Assembly (NCBI GenBank): GCA_951406725.2
Contig: OX597819.1
Span: 99,634,001-99,698,000, forward strand
Direction: 5' to 3'
Source: Octopus vulgaris
Lineage: Eukaryota
Length of the DNA: 64,000 nucleotides
The translations under genes were made by a program, and so were the position numbers. This document shows, piece after piece, positions 57,556-64,000 of this stretch; the stretch's first letter is position 1, and each line of letters starts with the position of its first letter. The notes beneath the pieces were generated by a model. That model had not been told where the DNA came from. It ran no database searches and worked only from the letters and a program-made list of their open reading frames with translations.

Positions 57556-58059
57556 TTATCGTTATATTTATCATCACATAGTTTCCAGCTCTCACTATCT
57601 CGTTTACTTTTACGACGTAAAGTATCATCAGATATTTTATTCAATGCGTTGTTCGTTTATACAGAGAGAGAGAGAGAGATATATGGATATAGATATATAG
57701 ATAGATATGCAGATTGATACATAGAAGGATATAGACTTATAAATGGAAGGATGAATAGATACGAGTTTGCAGATGTGTTTCTGTGAGCGTTTCCGCGAGT
57801 GTGTGCCACTCAAACTCATCTTAATCGCAGTAGAGTTCTACACATCAGCAATTAAATAAAACAGTATGTTAATACAATGTTTTTAAACTAACATCACTTA
57901 AAATGATTGTTTAATATTTTACATCTTATTTCAGCCTTCTTCGAACACATACACGAGAATTGGCACGTTGTGAGTATTTTTTTTTCACTTCTCATTTTCG
58001 TGTAATTAATAGGCGCCCAAGTATAGATTTGTCAACCATCAGTTTCTTAAATATTGTTA

Positions 58060-58154
<95 letters not shown>

Positions 58155-61100
58155 TTGAACAATGAGAGTGAATGCGCAACATACATTGATGAATACAAGT
58201 TATTTATTTGTGTATTAAGGCTACCATTGTTTCCAAGTTAAGAAAATACTTAAATACTTTATTTTTGAAGCCGGTGGCATGGAGGAATTCGTTTTCGTTT
58301 CCATTTTGGATTAAAACATGAAAAACCATGGGAATTCCAGATAAAATCTCGTAAACAAAATAAGATACCAAGTGGTTCCACTGAACGATTATCTCCCTTG
58401 GCTTTTGGGCTTAGGGAGAAAAATTGTTCTGAAAGTTGCTTTTGTTTATATATAATACTTTGGGTATGTGTAATTGTTGTTTGTACATCGAGGTAGATCA
58501 TCATGTGTCTTCTATGTGTGCAGTTCATATGATGTATATATTTAATTCTCACTTTTAGGGGAAAAAAACCTTGTTTCGTAGGATCGGGTGCGTGTGTCGT
58601 ACTACCTTATTGAAATGCTGGAATGTAAAATATTGTTTGTGAATGTAAGGCGAGAAGGTTTCACTCATAATGTTTCAGATGTTACCTTTAGACTGGATGA
58701 TATGTAGCTTTTCAGTAATACAAAGTTCACAGTTCGTACCACGTCTCTTATATTTTCTAGTTCTAGCAAGAATACTCCATATTATCTGGGGGTTGCTTAC
58801 TCATCCTGTTTTTCAATTCACATATCATATTGGATAAGGATGTGGCAAGTCCTTTATTTTGTCCCTGAATGACGCCAGAATTTGTGTGTATCTTTCCTTG
58901 AACGAGTCGCCCGTCATTCCGATATGTCTTTGTTACTCCTTTGGAGTTCATGATTTTTGCCTTGCAGAGAAGTTCTATTTCCAGACAGCTATATTTAGAT
59001 TTACTGTGTCAGTGTTTTTCAAGGGAATTACTGGGGCACTTATTTTTATTATGATTCAGTATTATTGACCTTATATCAGGGAGGCAACTATAGCCAACTT
59101 CCCACGAGTACAATATTTTCACAACAAACTCAGATACAATCGGAGCTTGCACCATGTGAAGCATACTTGTTGAAAATTTCATTAAAAATACCCATTTTCT
59201 AGAAGTTATGAATAAACAAAATCGTTTGATGCGCATTTGGGTATGTATGCCCATTGCTTTAACATATTTAATACTAAGATTATGTTAATATTTTATATCA
59301 ATATATCAGCTTGCTTCGCTTCACTTTCATTCTGTTTGCAACAATAGTTTGGCTTTGTTTACAAGTTCAATTTCCAGCCAGCTATCATTTAGAGAACAGC
59401 AGTTCGGAAGTGTACAATGGTAGTGGACAGCCTACAACATGACTCCTCTACCCAGCCAACAACATGACTCCTCCACCCTGCTGCTGACGTCGTAAACGTT
59501 GGTGACGCTCATCTCCAAAATAGACGCAACCATTTCCTCAACCGCCAGGTCAGTCAAGGGCCGCCCTGGTTTCGTCAGTGAACAAAACACAACTCACGTC
59601 TAATGTCATGTACTTTTGGGCGCATTGACATCTCAAACTCCTGTGGCGGAACGTTAAAGGAGGCAGTTTCAGGGTTTCTCGCTCGGAAGCCATGGTCCCG
59701 AGGATGCGATTTCTGATGGTTTTCAGTGCATGAGGAAGCCCGGAAGTGGTGAAAATGGCTTTGCTGGTTTGTCCAGGTTTCTCACGTAACTTGCAGCCAA
59801 TATTCCTTAAAGCCCTAGCTAACACAGTCTTTCTTCCTTGGCGAAAGATCCTTCAGGAATCGTCTAACCGTGTTCACATCACGACCTATCTTCACCGCAA
59901 TGACATGAAGAGAGGTGCCTTTAACATTTTCCTTGATGATAACAGACTCTTCTTCATCGTTAAGACCTTTGCCACGCCCATTTGTTCTTAGAGGGGAGAG
60001 ACGCTATTGGCGTGATTCACCCAAAAACTGAAGAATACAGGGAGTATCGTAAAGCGGTTCAAATTTTGAAGGGCCCCACTGGTCCCACTGCCCGCACTCT
60101 ATTTATATTGCTTTACCTCGTTTCTACGCTTATTGATTAAACTGCGATCAGCATCAGTGTTTAGCAATTTACATATATATATATACCAGGTATTCGTACA
60201 AATTCTGATGATATTTTTATGTTTCCCTTTTTAAGGAATAGTTTTACGTATTAGTGAACAGCCAAAGACATTGGAGAGTATAAAAACTAAAATTGTAGTT
60301 GGGAAAAACATAGCTGACACATAGGTCTGACCTGTTTTGTGATGATTCGCTTCGGGTTCCAAAATTACATCATGATTGCTGCTCTATGCTTTGGGAACAA
60401 TGCAAAGGCTGTAAGTCGTAACATAGACAACTGCTGTGGAAACTACGATAACGAGGTCATCAGGAAGGGACACGGCACGGAAAGCGTTGATCTGAGCCTT
60501 GGAGCCTGGTATGTGTCGAGTTGAGATGGGTGTTGAAGTTGCCACGGTGTAGCTGGCTACGTGCAACTGACTAATACAGATGGCCTAAAGGAACCGCTTG
60601 TCGAAAGCTAGACCAAGCTGAGGCATCCTATTAAGTGGTAGATGATCTGGGTCTCCTATGATGCAAAAGAAATTTTGTCGGGACAAGTTGCACAACTCCC
60701 AGAAAAAAGGCTTGCCTACAAACCATGTGATACAGTACGTGTCACAAAAACAAATTTCGTCTAAACTGTGAGGGACTTTCAGTGCGTCTTCCGTGTAGGT
60801 GACGTTAAGTCGCCAGACTTCTTTGAACATAGTTTAGGCTCAATTCAGATGTCTATGTGAAACCTTTGGATTGAATGTCAATCCATGGCAGTGGAGGATT
60901 GCTGCTGGAAGCACATACCTTTAGAAGCAGAATTCGCTTCCTTGGTATACCTCCCTAAAAGTGTCAGCAATATTTATCGGAAAAATTCTGAAACTTCATT
61001 AGTCTTATACCTACAAACAATAGTCTTAAATAAATGCCTAGTGGTAAGAGATTAAGTAGTTAAAGTTCAAAGCAATTTAGTGTTTGACTTCAAATTATAT

Positions 61101-62213
61101 GTAAAAATAGGTAATTCTGGTGTGGTGAGTATTCTACCCAAATTTCATTGGATATATCAACGACATTAACTGAACATTATTTAATGCTAGGAGTAATTTA
61201 TACTTTAACATTATCTTGGACATCTGTACTCGAATTTCATTTAAGTCACCCGCTTTGCCACTATTCTCAGTCCATCAATTAACATGGTTTCCCAAAGAAA
61301 CGTGCGGTCTTGCATTATCATATTGGAAACCAGCATCTTTCCTGTTGGCCAATTCTGGACGTTTCTTTTGTATTGCTGCTTTTAACCCGTCCAGTTGTGT
61401 GCAGTATTTCTCAGAATTAATTGTCTGGTTACTTGGGAGAAGCTCATAGTACAGAATTCCTTTCCAATCCCACCAGACACAAAGCAAGACTATTATAGGG
61501 TGAAGATCCGCTTTTGGGGTGGCTAAGGGTAACTCATATCGCTTACTCCAGGATGACTTTCTCTGAACATTTCGGTAGATAATCCGTTTCTCATCACCCA
61601 TCACAATTTGCTTTTAAATAAGGTGCGTTTTCATTCCGTTTACAAGGCGAATCACAGATGAAAATGCGACCCAAGTGGTTCTTCTCACTGGTACCCAAAC
61701 ATGGTTACGATTTGTGTACCCAAGCTTTGCAAGGTACTCATGAATGACGGATTTTGATAGGTCGAGGCTTTCTGCCAATTCTCGGGTTGTGCAATGTGGG
61801 TTATTCTCAATTAATGACGATTTGGTCATCATCTGTAGTGGGTGGTCTGCCTGATCGCTGTTTATCAATAAGGCTACAATCTCCAGCTCGGAACCTTGCG
61901 AACCACTTCCGTAGAGTTCTTTCGAATAAAGAAAGATCACCGTAAACTGCGCATATTTCTTTGCTTGTGAGGCATTTTCCCTTTACGGAAAAAAGAAAAG
62001 CATTAAGTGCCGAAAATGAATTCCTTATCTTCCATTTTAAAGGGTTACAGCATTAACACAGGTTATAGGAACATAAACCTTCTTCCACGAAAAGATAGTT
62101 TAAACTGTGCTTTAAATGGAGGTGTAGTCAAATCCTATTTTATGGATTCAACCACGTTCTAAAATAAGTCGAAAGGTAAGCTACTATAAATTGGCACGAA
62201 CTTACCAGACAAC

Positions 62214-62259
<46 letters not shown>

Positions 62260-63039
62260 AAGTAGTAAATAAATGGCACAACTATTTACCGATATTTACT
62301 GGAAATAGCGAACGTAAAAATACGACGCTAATGTATAGCTTCACCGCGTATGTATTAGTAAAAATGCGTATGTGCAACAAACTAGAGAAAAACGTCTTAC
62401 CTCCAGGGAGAACATCTGAAAGATGAAATACCCGGAAAAGGATAATGTGCGACCTGCAGGTTTCAGATTTTACAAGATATGTCTGCCACCCATATTTTAT
62501 TCTATCTTCATCAGCCAAGCATATACCATGACGAAATCTACGATGTTACCACATATATGCATGTATGTACGTATGTATATATATATGCATTTATATGCAA
62601 TTATTTGATTACATTAGAACATTTTAGTTCTTATTTCTAGTATGTAAGTGCTTCTAATATCTAAGTAATTTTCAGTAACAATCACAGCTTACCTTTTTGG
62701 CAAAACATTGCATGCTGCTGTCGATATTAATATTTTTGTATAGACATCAGTGATTTGCTAAATCATCCATTGATTTTTATTGTAAAAACTTATACTGACA
62801 GAGAATTCAGGCCTGAAACTGTCGAAGTCGACCCAGTCCTCACTGATGAGGTAACGGAAATTGCTGAAACTGACCGGTCGTTACAAGTAATTCTTGATTG
62901 GTGCTTTCGGACGACCATATTTCTACAATTATGTGCTTTGACTACAATTTTAGAACATTTTAGCTCTTATTTCTAGCACCCTAGTCATATTTAGTGACAC
63001 TTATAGTTTTCCTTTTTAATAGAACATTGCACACTGATT

Positions 63040-63108
<69 letters not shown>

Positions 63109-63215
63109 ATATATATATATATGTATGTCTATATATATATAGATATATATATATGTATATATATGTATATATATATATATATATATATAGATATATATAT
63201 ATGTATATATATATG

Positions 63216-63283
<68 letters not shown>

Positions 63284-63639
63284 ATGTATATTAGAAGAAA
63301 TGAGGTAATCAGAAGATCGGATGGTTTATATTTACAGATATTTATTTATATATTACTTTTTTATATATATATCATATCACTTAGATCATTAGCCCTTTCT
63401 CCCATTCCAGTGGGGTTTTCAAATCAAACTAAGTTCCTTTGTGGGGAATTTTAATCATTTTATAGAGTTTCGTAGTGATGGGGAGGAATGTAAGACAGCA
63501 CAAGAGGATGAGATGGATGAGGAGAAAGTGAGAGAGAGAATATGTGTGTATGTGTATGTGTGTGTGTGTGTGTGTGTTTGTATCTGAGGTGAGTGCTAAA
63601 GAGAAAGAGGGGAAGGGAGAGGGAAGAAGAAGGAAATAA

Positions 63640-64000
63640 TGTTTCATGTCTTCTATGCAAGCCGTATGCCAGAAATATGTCCCAGAGCACAAGGCCAAAA
63701 CAAATAGGAGCAAGATTCCAAGAGACAGGAAGATCCTCATGAGACGACGGACGAAGGTTGCAAATCGTCTCAACCAACATCCCAAAAGTAGCGAAACGTC
63801 CCGCTTAAAAACAACACCGATGGAGATCGAAAAAAGGCTGCAAAAATCCTATGTGAAGGAGAAAGCAGACAAAGAAGCCTGGGTTATAAAAAACATTAAA
63901 TCAAACCCAAAGGCCTTCTTTCATTACGCAAAAGAAACAGTCTCAGTGCACTACAAGATAGGACCCCTCCTCCAAAAGGATGACTCCCTCACAGACTGTC
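63640..64000 (+). mobile_element. CR1/L2-type LINE ORF2 fragment, runs off the window end
   Basis: 'KNIKSNPKAFFHYAK..IGPLLQKDDSLTD'. Confidence 0.7.

Overview
AT-rich, microsatellite-dense eukaryotic DNA. The SINE types and the (TA)n/(TAA)n/(CA)n density suggest an octopus or other coleoid cephalopod; this is an inference. The ORF track misses the main feature, a multi-exon + strand gene that I rebuilt by hand from splice sites with consistent phases (about 11.9-56.8 kb, both ends unresolved). It encodes a type-I membrane mucin-like protein: Thr/Pro-rich stalk, SEA domain with the R-N-G|S-V-I-V cleavage-type motif, short Thr-rich spacer, TM helix, and a tail with duplicated EYVEI tyrosine motifs. 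The stalk is built from about 18 small phase-1 symmetric exons, 13 of them in a young ~1072-bp exon+intron tandem array. All 13 have TG at the ancestral acceptor position and an in-frame CAG 15 nt downstream. A 6.4-kb tandem duplication covers the tail exons. Introns and flanks hold an intact R4/Dong-type RLE retrotransposon next to TAA repeats, and degenerate Tx1/L1, Penelope, CR1, Tc1, mariner and Helitron copies. There are also tRNA-derived SINEs, several minimal hammerhead ribozyme motifs and fold-back palindromes.
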